In this document: piece by piece, positions 21,383 through 34,700 of the stretch
Layout of the letters: every line of letters begins with the position of its first letter
How positions within the stretch are numbered: position 1 is the stretch's first letter
Assembly (NCBI RefSeq): GCF_016433145.1
Contig: NC_058131.1
Span: forward strand, 670,967,408 to 671,031,407
Length of the DNA stretch: 64,000 nucleotides
Reading direction: 5' to 3'
Source of the DNA: Gracilinanus agilis
Taxonomy: Eukaryota
Translations under genes and position numbers: made by a program
The notes under the pieces: generated by a model
Told to the model about the DNA's origin: nothing
Databases searched by the model: none
The model's input: only the letters and a program-made list of their open reading frames with translations

Positions 21383-21420
21383 GCTTTCTCAGGCCCCGGC
21401 CTACCCGTCCCATCCGAGAC

Positions 21421-21480
21421 CCCGCCCCAGCAGGGGGAGAAGCAGAAGCAATACACCCTCTCGAAGCGCATGCGCAGTTC
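21421..21480 (-). promoter_or_regulatory. FUT11 core promoter with perfect NRF1 palindrome
   Basis: GCGCATGCGC at 21466-21475 and GC box CCCGCCCC at 21421-21428, about 40-90 nt upstream of the ATG. Confidence 0.7.
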
Positions 21481-21562
21481 CCCAGGGCTGCTTCCGCCCA
21501 TTCCCCTCCCGGGGCCCAAAGGAATTGCAAGGGCAGGAAGCAGACCAAGGAATACATCTTAA

Positions 21563-21577
21563 TTTATTTTATTTATT
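21563..21577 (-). terminator. SEC24C polyadenylation signal (three overlapping AATAAA)
   Basis: Minus-strand AATAAA at 21563-21568, 21568-21573 and 21572-21577, followed by a U/GU-rich downstream tract. Confidence 0.75.
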
Positions 21578-22719
21578 TCTTTACAAATTAAAGATGCATT
21601 GAAAAAATAAACCAATGAGGAGAAGTGAGAGGCCCGGGGCATCCCGGGATGGGGGGCAGAGGCCAAAGGGAAGCCAGGCCCACCCACCTCCAGCTCAGTG
21701 CCTGCCCTCGGACCTGGGTCTGTTAAGAGGTTCAGCTGTCCTAATGGGTCAGTGCCAGAAACCATGGTGGGCAGGCCAAAGCTCCCGCACCATTGTCCAT
21801 TGGGCCTCTCCAACTCCAGCCCCGGGGCCAGGTGGGGCAAGGCAGCGGGATCAGGGCCAGGAGGGTTGGCTCTGTGAGGTATTGCAAGTTGATGACCAGG
21901 CTCCCTACAGAACCATCCAGTGTGAAACACTCCCATGGGAAAGGGGATTTGGTGACACAGCCCCCTAGCCCCCACACATCTGGGTGTCATCCACCTCTGT
22001 GAAGGATCCCAGGCTTCTAGCAGAGAAGGGGTGGGTAGGGAGAACCCCCCAGTCTCCACCCACAGAGTGAACACCAGACATTAGGAGCAGAGGGAAAATG
22101 CTGGAGACTGACAGCTTCCCCCTCCACCTCCAACCCCGCCCCTTCCCTCCCCCCAATGTCTGCTGCTCCCACAGGCCTAGGAGAGTTGGGCTACCCTAGA
22201 AACACTGGCCTTGACCACCCACCCACAGTTCCTGGGCACCCTACATGGCATCCCTAATATAGGAAGTCACTGAGAAGAGAGCCGAGGCAGCACCCTGAAC
22301 TCTTTTCTGTCCTTTTAAGCACTGCCCCAGCCCCCAGAATCCCCACCATTCACTCCTGCTGCCCCCTCTCTTGGCTTAGAGGCTGGCCCAAATGGACACA
22401 GAGCATTCCCAGAGTTTGGGTGCCTCTGCACCCCCAACACTGAGTCACACACAGTGAACTGAGAAACTACATTCATTATGACAGGGTTAGCAGGAAAGAG
22501 GGGAATAGAAGGAGTACCTGCCAGCAGCAGGACATAGTAGAGTGGTGAGACACTTGGACCCAGAGAGGGGCTGCCCTCCCGTCCCCTCCCCCACCCTCCT
22601 GAGACTGAGGGGATCTCTGCTTACATGACTTATAAGATATGAACTGTCCAGATTTCCCTGCTGTCCTGGGGGACTTGTGGGGAGCTGGCCTGGAGCCCTC
22701 TGCCCTGCACCCATTTCCT

Positions 22720-25700
22720 CTAGCTCAGTAGCTGCCGGATCTCCTTGTGCATGTGACACAGAAAGTCTACATAGGATGCACCCCCACTTAGGCTCTTGTC
22801 CTCCACCAGGAAGTGCTTGAACAACATCTCCAACTTGTCCTCTTGCTTCACCACGATGAGCTAGTGGCAGAGCAGAGATTACATTGGAACATGATGGAAG
22901 AAAACCAGCCCAAGATCCCTCCACCACTATCCTCCACAAATCACCCTTGGACCTAGTTAGTCATTGGGAAGTCAGTTACATAAGGGGAACATATATTGGG
23001 AACTTGGGAAGGAATGGAATTAGTACCTTCATGTATCGGGATCTCTGTGCACGGAAGCTATCAATGAGGTCACGCACCCTTTTGGACAACGGGTTCTCCA
23101 GGACTGGGAGGGCACTCTAGAAAACACAACTTATGGTTTCCCTACTGTATTTCAGCCTAGTCATGATTCAATGCAAAGCAAAAAAAGGGCCCAAAATGGA
23201 CAATTCCACATCCCATGGCTCTCTGTAATACTTGGAAAAGACTAGCAGACCTTGCCCAAAGTATTAGTTCCCTATGATTCTGCCATGGCTCATCACACCA
23301 ACAACAACCCTCTTCCCCTCCCAAATCTCCCAGGAGCCCAGGCCCTCACCAGGCCACTGGTAATCTGGCTGAAGGAAGGGACACTGAAGAGGCTCTGGAC
23401 GACACTTTGCTGTACACTGGCCCCCACCCAGAGAAAAAGGTTAAGCCCATTCTCCAGTAAATACACATCTCCTTTGCTGAGGCGCTCCTCAGATGCCCGA
23501 ACAGCTGGTGGTTCTGCACTGCTTTCTGCTGGAACCTTTGTCTAGGAATAGGGATAAAAAAAACAATCAAAGTCCCAGGAGCCAGTAAACCCCTAAACAA
23601 GACAAGACCAAGTTTCTCAGATTCTCTCCCTCTCCTAGGCCAGGTTCTACTTTCTCCCTAGCAGGAGCTCACATACCAACACCTCATCCTCACCAGTGGT
23701 AGGAGTCGAGGATAGAAGAAGACATTGGTTTCTGCCACATCCATGGAAGTAACCAACTGCCGGACGTAAGCCCGATCATCAGTGGTGACCTCAGCACCAG
23801 GCTGCAGGACGTCACTCTTCAGCACACAATTCAGGTAAACGGGGAGAAGCTTCATGCACTCTGGGAGGATGAGCTGAGGAAGGAAGAGGAAAGGAGGGGC
23901 ACTTAGGGAACCTGAGAGAATGCCTCTCAAAATCAGCCTAAGCTCTACCCTAACTCTCATCTTCCAAGACTTCCCACCCTTTTCATCTCTGCAGCAATCA
24001 AAGCAACATAAGTCTCAACCACACACTTGCATCCTCTCCCCAAACCTGTCCAGCAGAAGATGGACTGGCACAATTTTTTCGGTAACAGGCCAGGATCTGG
24101 GCACACTGGCTGATGAGAGAATCACGTACTGTCTTCACAGGACTGCTCAGAACCCCCCGGTATGCTAAGAGAAAAGATACAAGGCAAGTAATTCCAAGTC
24201 ACCCTTCTCCAAAAGACATTAATAATAGCATTTACCGAGTGCCTTAAAGTTTGCAAGCATGTTACATTTTATCTTCATAACCATTCTGAGTAGTGATATT
24301 ATTGTCCTCATTTTAAGATAAGGAAACTAAGACAGGCAAGGTTAAGTGATACCTCATCTCAGAAAGCTTAACTAAAAAGAGCTCTGATTCTCATCAACCA
24401 ACATCTCCCTTGCCTCCTCAGGTACCCATTCCTCACCAAACTTTGCCAGGTAGTTGATGAGCGTGTCTGTTTCACAATTCCGATATAAGTCAGCCAGCTG
24501 GGTACAGCAATTCAATGACAGGTTGTGGATACGGAGCCTCCGTTGCCCAGCACAGCTTGTGTAAAGCAGAGCGCACTAGATAGGTATACAAGCAAGAATC
24601 AGCCAATCTCTTTCTTCACAGCTGCTTTTGATGGCCCCATCCATAAGTGATAGCAGAAAAATCACAGAGGCAAAAAATTGTCGTCTCCAGTGAAAACCTG
24701 TGATTGCATTAGCTCATCTACATAGGGAACTACAGGCAAAGGAATTCCCACCACAAGTGACCGTCTAAGAGTGCCTGAGGCAGTGAGGCCCATAATCGAT
24801 AAACCTGGAACTCCAAGGCTGGCCCTGTACCCATTGCTCCTCACCTGGATGAGGGCTCCACCATCTTCACTGAGTCGGTCGTCATGCTTGAATTCCACAG
24901 TCACTGTCTTGTCCCCATCCAGGCCTGCCAGTTCTACATCGGTTGTATTGCTCATGTAGAAGGCCCCAAAGAAATCCGTAGCCCGGATACCTGAGGGCCC
25001 AGATAGCCAACACAAAGGCTGTGTAATAGCAGTTCCTCAAACCCCCCTCCCAATCCATGCTTTCCTCACCCCATCCCAGGACCAACCAGTGCTTGTTCGG
25101 ACACGCATGACTGCATCAAAGCCAACATCCTTCTGCACATCTCGACGAAGGTCACTGAGGAAGCGCTCCTGGTCACTTTCCACCTGCAGTTTCCCAGGCC
25201 TTGAGTCACATCATTGACTACTTTCAGAGCAGGACCTCCCTAACCACCCACCTATTACTTTCATGATCACTCTCCTCCCTGACCACAAGCTGTCCTCATC
25301 AATGGCATAGGTAGGACAAAAAACTCCCTGTATGTTGGGCAGTCTGTTTCAGTGTTCAGTACTCATACCTGGAAGCACGCATACTTGTAGATGGAGCCAC
25401 CAGTGTGGTGAGGAACTATGCCAAGGGTGGCCACATCTACATACTGGTTAGGGAAGAGAAATAGGTCCACACAGCAGCCCTGGGCCACACACTCCTTGGC
25501 CAGGGACTGATAGAAGCTCGTCTGTGGCTGGAAGAGAGTCTAGGAGAGATAGGGACAGAATTTGGTCAACAAACACTTCATTCCTCATTGAGCATCATGT
25601 GAGATACAAAAAACATAATGTGTGTCTACAGGAAGTTACTATGAATCCCAGTTTATTTCTGAAAGAGGTTGTATCAAAGGATCTGTGGGGGGGAAAGAAA

Positions 25701-28700
25701 TGTATCAAGCATGACGAATTTGTAGGGAATGAGATTTCTCATCTAAGCCTGCTCGCCCTACCACACCTTCTCCTTGTCAGTGTTGAGCAGCTTCCTGTCA
25801 TCTCGGTTCTTCAACTTCCCAGGGGCATCTGCAATGGGCAGAGACGTATGGAACAAAAACAACTTCCCTGGACACTCAGCAGCCTGTAGATGGGGCAAGA
25901 AGGAAGTCAAAGAAAAGTCATGAACACCTACTAATAGACATTTCTCTACCAACAAGATTGAGGGGCTGGCTATTCCCAGTTAGTCCCTGAAAGAGCTGAG
26001 ATCACAACTGACATACTCTACCCTTAATATCCCATTATAGCTCTATGCCTACCTTCAGGGCCTCCATTCCAGCCTGAATCACAGGGGCAAATACTGTCTC
26101 TGTCTCCCTTGTATCTGCAAACATTTCTGGAATCTGGTCCAGCAAACTGAAGAAGAAAAGTCAGTCTAAACAGCTATCTCCATCCTCATCCTACCCATCC
26201 AGGACAGAACAACCAATCCCTTCAATCACAAACTGTACTCCCAATGACAATTCAATTCATATATTATGTGCAAGGAACAGTGTTAAGTACTAGGGATGCA
26301 AACATAAAGCCCCTGCCCTCAGGAAGCTTACCTTCTTTCAGGGAGAATAACAAATGTACTCTACTAATATAAAAACAGTGAGATGCCTTTCACCTTGTTG
26401 GGAGAAGAGGAAGTAAAGGTATCTGAGGTGATCCTTACAAGAGTGAAATTAAATAGGTCTAAAGATTTAGAGTAGTAGTATAGTTGTGCTAGAAAAAGAC
26501 TATGTGGATGGGTACAATTGGATATTGGAGCCAACATGGTAAGCCTTAAAAGCCAGAATGAGTTTCTACTTTATTTAGGAGGCAATGGGGTGCCACAAAA
26601 AGGTTTTCAGTGGGATGACTTAATGAGAGCAGTATGTTAGGAGAATTATTCAGGCAGCAATATGAAGTATGGATTGGAGAAAGTGGAAACTAAAAATAGG
26701 ATCCACATTAGGGTTCCTGTTTTTCGTTTCCAATCCCACCAGGGATCCTGGGGGTCAAATCCATAGCTCTTCCTAGCCCCAACTCTCTCCCCTCCCAGCC
26801 CATCATAGATCATGGTGACACAGCTGGCCCTAGACCTCACCTGGTAATCACTGGCCGTGACTCATTGACATTGACCAGAAAGCCATCCAGCAGTGGCACA
26901 AACATATCAGCCACATCTGACACCACCATCATCTGTGGTTGGGCCAAGGAACTCTTCACATTGTAGAAGTGCAGCACCTTGTTATACGTGACGAAGCCAA
27001 CACGTACAGCCGACTCCTCAGCACCACCTTCCCTGTGAGAGGGGACACTCCTCAGTAAAACTCAGCTGCCCCAATCTATGTGCCAGCTGCCCCATCTCCC
27101 CAAAGGCTAACAGGCCAATGATCAAATCAACAGCCCAGCTGTCCCACCATCCTTGTGGAAAGGGGAGGGTCCTCACCTGGGTAAGAAGTCCAACAGTGAC
27201 TTGAGCTCCTCACAGAGGAGCTGGACAAGGCCACTCCTGACAGCATTGTAGGAGACATCAATCATAAAGATAAAGGCAGGGGGACGAGGAAACTTGTTGT
27301 TCTGAGGGTGAAGGAAATGTGAAGGGAAAGCAGAGTTATCAAGAGGATAACTAAGGAGCAATGGAAAATAAATACGATGGGACTAGACTGAGCCACCCTT
27401 CTACCTCATGATGACCTCACCTTGCAGTAATCCACAGTAGCCAGGAATTCATAGGAGCCCAGGGAAAGCTCAGGCCGGTCATAGAAGTCCACACGTTTAC
27501 CAGTGTGATCCAGGTGTTGGAAATACTGGGGAGGAACTGTTAAAGGGCATGGTGGAATGTTACCAAGAAAACTACTTTCTCAATGTCCATGAAGAAGGAA
27601 GGGAAGGGTGGGTGGCCTATACTGCACTCAGATTTCAAACTTTCTGTCTCATTCCCACACATTCTCAAGTTTTCCCAGGATTCTTCAGATGGAACACTAT
27701 CCCAGACTGACCTTCAGTTACACAGCTACAGAAGCAGCATTGGAAGCGCCTCCCACCTTCAATAAACTGCATAAAGGGGCACATGTAGGCTTTGCAGCGA
27801 TTGCAGCGCACAGGGCCTGACTCCCCATGGTCCACCACATATGGAGGGGCCTAAGGAAGAAAGGGGAGGAGCTGAGACACAGGGTGACTGAGGTAGGTCA
27901 GACATGAGGGACAGGCACTGGGGCAGGGGAGAGGAATAACAGTAACCTAGAGGGAGAAGGACACAGATAGAGGGAGGAAGGGAAAAGGGAAGGGAGCAAT
28001 GGACATGGGAAATATGTCCCTCAAAGTATGTGTGCTGTAATCTCCCCAACTATAAAATCAATTCTCTGTCCAGAGAGATGAAGACTATCTAAGCTGGTCT
28101 TATTTAGCTGAGGGCTATAATAGGAATTTGGATGGAAATTCCTAGATTCTCCTGGGAACTTTTACTTCGGATCTGTTCTCATCCTTCTTCCAAGTGTTTA
28201 AGATTCTTTGTCCTCTATATTCATCTCCCCCTAAATATGTAAGATTCCTGCCCTCCCAATAAATACTTATGACTCCTGCCTTCCCCCTAAGTACCTATGA
28301 TTCCTGCCCTTACTCTAAGGATCTATGACTCCTGCCATCCAACCATTCCTGAGTATCAGTGACTCCTGAGGTTGATGAACATGAGCAGGTGAGGATTCTC
28401 CAGCCAAGTACCCAACTATCTTCCTGAGACTAAAGCACACAAATACATCAAGTAAAACAGGTTTCTGGGGGGAACTCTGAAATCTTCACTCAGACTCAGT
28501 ACAACTCTTCCAAACTAGATAGATCAGGATGGGAATAATAATCTAAGACCACATTCAACCACCTCCTGCACTCTCCACCAGAAGTATTTATACAACCTTT
28601 TGGATACAGAAGCTATAACTCCTCTACCAGGGTCTTAACTGGCAGCTGCTTAGTTATCATTAACCAAGCAGGCTGTTTGTTAAGGTACTAGATAAAAAGA

Positions 28701-31700
28701 TAAGGATCTAGGCAAAAAGGAAAGTCTATCTTCCCCTGATTCATTCAAGCCTGAAGGATAACAAAGGTAAAAACTGAGACACTGGCTGTGTCTAAACTCC
28801 TTAGAAGAGATTCTTCTAATAGGTAGTCCCAGAGTTCAGCTGGCTCACTTTGGTAAAATACCACCTCCCACTACTTTTCCACCCCATTTATTCAAACCAA
28901 ATATCTTTTTTTCAGACTGGTAGGAACCTCTAAATCCCCCTACCCAGGTTTATCCCTATAATTCCTTCTAAACATAAGCCCTCAGAATGATAAGCCAATG
29001 AGGCCTTTAGCTCTATCTATTCAACTTCAGCTTCTAAAAGTTGGATGGCATAGTAGGAAAGACCCAAGCTCAAACCATACCTAGGACACTAGCTGTGTGA
29101 TGCTACAGAAGTCCCTTAACTTCTTTGAACCAGTACCTCAAGTATAAGTGGAATTAATAATAGGGTTTTTGCATCAAATGAGCTACTCTACGTAAAGTAT
29201 TTTGTAAATCCTAACTCATAATTATTAATTACTCCCACCTCCCTGATCCCTCAGAGGGGCTCTTTCCCAAGAACACTTACCTCCTCAGGGGGCAGCCTAG
29301 CCAATGGCTTGATGACAGCTGCTAGGGGCACCTGCGCCTGCTTGGCCATGTCAGATGTGCAAGGGATATTATATGATGTGCACCGGATATATCGAGGACT
29401 TGCATTCCCTGCAGAAAGGGTAGAGAGCCAGATTTAAACCAGGATGTCTTAATGAATACTCCTACCCACACAGAACCTACAACCAGCACCAGTGGTGGCC
29501 TTGTTCCTTGCCAGAAGGACTAATACCTACTTAAGACACTACCAAAGCTGGAGGCAATGGTTAAATCTACCTATATTCTTTTTATGAAGGTCCCTCAGGG
29601 ATGAGGAAAGAAAAAACCCCATAGAAAGGTGTCAGTGCCCTGCTCACCTTGGTCTTTCACTATAAAGTTGGTGGTAACCAGGGGTGGGACTTGGCCTCGT
29701 GCTCCAGTGACAAATGGTTCTGACCCCCGGTTATTCCTATCATCTTCAATGACCTGGATCTGCAGGAGTGAGGGGAATGGGGTAGATGTAAAAGGAAAGA
29801 AACCAGAACACAGAAAGCCAAGAAATGGAAGAGAACAGAGCTGTAGAAACAGACTCTGATGATTTACCAAGCAATATACCTATCCACACCCAACCTCCTA
29901 GGTCCCTTTTCCTTTGAGACACCAGTGAATGGGTTCTGAACCTAATCCACATCCTCAATCCCCACCCTCAAGTCAGAAGCACTCTGAGGAAGCAAAACTG
30001 GGGAATGGAGGAGGGGTATGTCAGGTGGTTGATGGGCTGGGCAATAAAATCTCTTAACCTCTACAAATGGTTAAACCCACTCTGCCCCACCTCTCTGGGC
30101 ATGATTCTAGGGCAATCCAAATATAGACCTTATGTCGATCAGATACCCTCTCCCCAATATAACTTCCACTTCTTTCCCACAAGTTACATTTGGAGTCATA
30201 AGGAAAATTTGGAGTCTTAAGGAAAACAGATAGTGACAAGGTGAAAATGAAACTACCTGAAATGACCCCACACTCAATGGAAGTACAATGGGCAAAGAGG
30301 ATAAATGGTGAAGTGGGTAGGGGAACAAATACGGCCTTTGTCTTGAGGAAGTACTAGAGATGAGCATAAGAAAGATGCTGCATCTTATTACTCCAACCCT
30401 GATTCTAGACCCCCTTTAACTTGACAATGGAATGGATAACATTATTTTAGACCAGTGGTTCCCAAACTTTTTTGGCCTACCGTCCCCTTTCCAGAAAAAA
30501 AAATATTACTTAGCGCCCCCTGTCACATTCTATCACTGCCCCCTTACAGTTATTCACCACCCCCAAATGCACCTGTGGCCATCACCACTTCCCTGGATCA
30601 CTGCAGCACCCACCAGGGGGCGGTGGCGCCCACTTTGGGAATCACTGTTTTAGACCAAAGTTTCCCTTCATCCTTTAAAGATGCTAAAGGGAAAGGAAAG
30701 CAGAAAAATCTGATGGGTCAATACAAAATATTCCTGGCCAGAACAGTCATCTTTGGTCACCCCAGGGACTGATAAATGAAGCCAATAGTAAACAAGGCAT
30801 GCTTTTGATTCCCCCCCCCACCTCATATTCCAAAGTCCTTCATAGCAGAGGGAGGAGTGAAGTCAATAGTATCCAAGAGTTCATGAGGAAGAGGTCCAGG
30901 CCAGCTATACCACCCCTCAACCCAAGTTGGCAGAGCCTCTTACAGACTTGCTTAGTCCCTAAGCACCAAGGCCCTGTAAACCAGTAGCCCTAAAGAGGCT
31001 TGGACTCACCCACAATAGGTAAACCAGCATCAAAATGGGGAAAATCTGACTCCTATCCTCACCTTGTCTTACCACAATGCCTCAGAGAAGCAAGTGGGGG
31101 GATAGTCATGAGACAAATACCTATCAGGTGAGGGAGGGGAATGGCTGCTTACACCAATAAAGCTTTCTAGAAACTTCATTCCCACTCTTCCTGTGCTGCT
31201 GTTCCTAGCCCTTACGTTTTTTACAACATAATAAGCAGACATGGGAGGATGGGTGGGTTGAAGGATGAAAGGAGCCAGGGAAGGGATGAACACAGTGAAT
31301 GAAGTGAAGTTGAAGTCACAGCATGCACAGGTGGCACCAACACGAAGAAGACACGCACCCCCCACCCCCAGACTTACTGGGCTAGGAATGGCATCAGGGT
31401 CTATTCTGTGCCTGGTTTTCTGCTGAGGAGGCAGCTCATTGAGTTGCTTTTAGTTTGTGTTTTAATAATAAAGGCAGCAAAAGGACACACAGAGAGAAAC
31501 AAAAGAACAAGCAGATGTTACTTCTCTCAGCCCTGATGGAGTTAGACACATATATCTGGATCTCTGAAAACATCAAGGAACCAGGTTCCCTCTGGGTGTG
31601 GAACCCCGCGTCCCTAGCCTCCCAACTTGAAGGCTCTGGGGGCTCAGGGTATGACGGAGGAGGACGAGGAACAGGGCACAGACAAATGCCAAGTAGCAAG

Positions 31701-34700
31701 TGTGGGGAAAAGCTGGGCAGGCAGAGACATCCCAGGGAGGAAAAGGGGTGTTCCCACTTGACCAGTCAACTGAGCAGGTATCCACTTAGGAGATTCATCA
31801 TCACACTGAAAGGGCATGACCTCAAACCAGCTGGTCTTCCATTGCTCCAAAAGAGCTCCGATTACCTGGGAAAAACTTTGCTTACTCTACTCTCAGCCAG
31901 GCAGCCTGCCACCACAATGGTAACTACTCCCAGGGGGACTAACCCCACAGAGAGTGGGAAAAGAACACGATGAAATATGATAACTTGAAAGTATTACGTA
32001 GTGAGCAACACACCAAATGCTGTGGCTGGAATGGTTTAGGGAGCTGATTCAGGAAAGAGTGGCCCCCTGGCATCCAGCCTAACCCTTAGTGGTTCTGAAG
32101 TTTCCAACCACTTCAGGAATAAAATTCACTCTCTGAAAGGAAGTACTTCTGCTGTAGGCCTTTCAATTCATATCCCTTTAACAAGCAGGGGAAACACACC
32201 CCCCCGCCCCCCACTTCCCCTCAGTATCAATGAAACTTGAAGAGCTCTATCTATCCAGGTTTTAAGAGTAGGAGAAATGGTCTCCACCCATGTGCCAAAG
32301 ATGAGGTGATCAGTTCTTAAGACTTCCAAGGTGATATGCCTCACTAAAGTCCCACTACAGGTCCACAAACAGTAAGAGTTCACATTATGTCCTACTCTAC
32401 CACACCATTCTCCCCTTATTGCAAATAATAACAATCAAGATTTACTCTTAAAGCCTCAAAAAAAAAAAAACAGAGATGACATGAGGGGAAAAATGTTGCT
32501 TAAGATTTCTTCCCTTCCTCTTCAGCTTAGCACACACAAATAGGCACGTGCACGCATACACTGTGCACATATACAAACAGCCATGATCACAAGACAGTGT
32601 ACCTACAGGACTAGGGATGGAGTCAGGATCCAGGCGCTTTGGAGGAGGTGGCTGAGGAGGCCCAGGTTGACTGCCAAAGTTAGGTGCTCCAGAGTAGACT
32701 CCCCCATAGTTGGGCTGAGGGCCTCGAGCAGGTCCAAAGGAGCCTGGGAGGCAAAGGCACAAGAATTACAATCTCATAATAAAAGGCCTAAGGACTTCTA
32801 CAAAAACAAAGAGATAAATCCTAAGGTACAGCAATTAGTGGGATGAGGGTAATACTCCCAGCTCACTCACCACCAACATGGAAAAACCAAGTGTAAAGAG
32901 TACTAACTAATCTTGGAGTCACAAGTCCTGGGTATTAACAGTTTAAGAGCTATGTGACCCTGGACAAGTCCTTTAACTTCCCTAAGCCTCAGTCTCTCCA
33001 TGTTAAATGGAGTCAATACTTATACTACCTATTCTACCTCCAAGGGTTGGGTAAGGAAAGCACTTTGCAAATCTCCCAGTATTCTATCATATGATTATCA
33101 TAAACTCCTGAGATGGAGAGCTCCTGATAATCTACCTTCTAGTACAGTGATGGGCAAACTACAGCCCATGGGCCAGATGCGGGCCCCCTGAAATGTTCTA
33201 TCCCAACGCTGGACATTATTCCTAATCTGACAAATAAAATGAGCAGGACTCAATACAATGAAACTTCAAAAGAGTTGCCTTAGAAACAGACTAACAGATG
33301 AGCATTTCCTTTCCTTTGGCCCCCTCTTTAAAAAAGTTTACCCATCATTGTTCTAGTACATACAGAAAACCAAAGGCTACCCACCTATTTCAGTAGTCAA
33401 GCAAATGGTTCTTAAATCCATAGCATATGGATAGCCAGATTCCCTAGCTTCAACAAAGTCAACCTGGGGGGAAGACTCACCATTTTGTTGTACTTGATAG
33501 CCTGGCTGGGAGGAGTGCATAGGAGGTGGGGGTCCTGGGGGGCCAGTCATTGGAGGCTGAGCTTGTGGGGGAGGTGAGGATGCATGGTTGGACTGGCTCA
33601 CTGGAGGCCCCCCAAAGCTCTGTCCAGGCATGGATGGTCCAGCAACTGAAGGAGGTCTGGGGCCCCCTGCTGCTGAGGGTGGGAAACTAGAAGCCTGCAG
33701 AGGAGCAGATCGCTGTGGGGTTTGGGCACCAGGATGAACCTGGGCCAGGCTAGTGGGTGGAGCCAGGTTCTGAGGGTAAGAGCCATATAGATTGGAGCCT
33801 GGAAAACTTCCTGAAGCTGAAGCCATTGATGTAGGTGGCCCTGAGAAATAGAAAGGGATAAGTTACTACCCTAGTGTTTGTTCCTGCTTATTTAACAAGT
33901 TGCTTCTCTATCCACACAGCAGAGGTAACTGTAATTGTCCCATCACACAGGGAAGCAGAGTTAAGGAAGCAGAGTTAAGGAACCCATCATAGAACTTTAT
34001 AGCTTACATCAGTCACATCTACCAAGGACCTGGTAAAAAAAAGTTCTCAATGGCAAAGTACTTGTCAGTGTCCAATGGTTCCATATATAAAGCTGGTATG
34101 GTTTAATTAATGGAAATGTCACTAAAGATGCATGATCACCTGTTTTACCACTGCATCCTAAAGAGGATATGCCTTCTCATCTAACTTGAACATTGAAACC
34201 CCCTACATGTGCTGTATTGCCCACTAGAGGAACTCCTACTTTCCTATCCTCCCCCTACCCAGGTTTATATTTTGGACACAGTAAGAGGTTAATAAATGCT
34301 TTTTTTCATATATTCCTTGAGGGACAGGGAAAGAAGGAAAGGCTGCAACCCCAGCCACTCACCATAGCCTAAAGCTGAAGGAGGAGGAGCCGCTGGGCCA
34401 CTGATCTGCATCCCTGCCATCTGAGTAGTCACCTGTGTGCTGGTTGGGGGAGGGCCATATGGCTGAAACGGGGCTGGTTGGTTCACCAGAGGGGCCACTG
34501 GGGCTGGCACAAATGGCTGAGACACAGGAGGCCTGAGGAGAGAATAAAAGTAGAGGTAATAATAGGATCTAGGAACCCTGGCAAACTTGCTAAGAATCCC
34601 TAGCCCCAAACTACTTTACCACTTTTCCCCCTAGCCGGGTCTCTGCCAAAACTTTTTTTCTCTTTCATATCTACACATACATTGTATAAATTAATTATCC

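Noticed and set aside
19549-21602. Long plus-strand ORFs (19549-20082, 21045-21602, 21196-21591)
   Set aside because: Antisense shadows of GC-rich FUT11 exons; low-complexity Arg/Pro/Ala/Ser translations with no domain.
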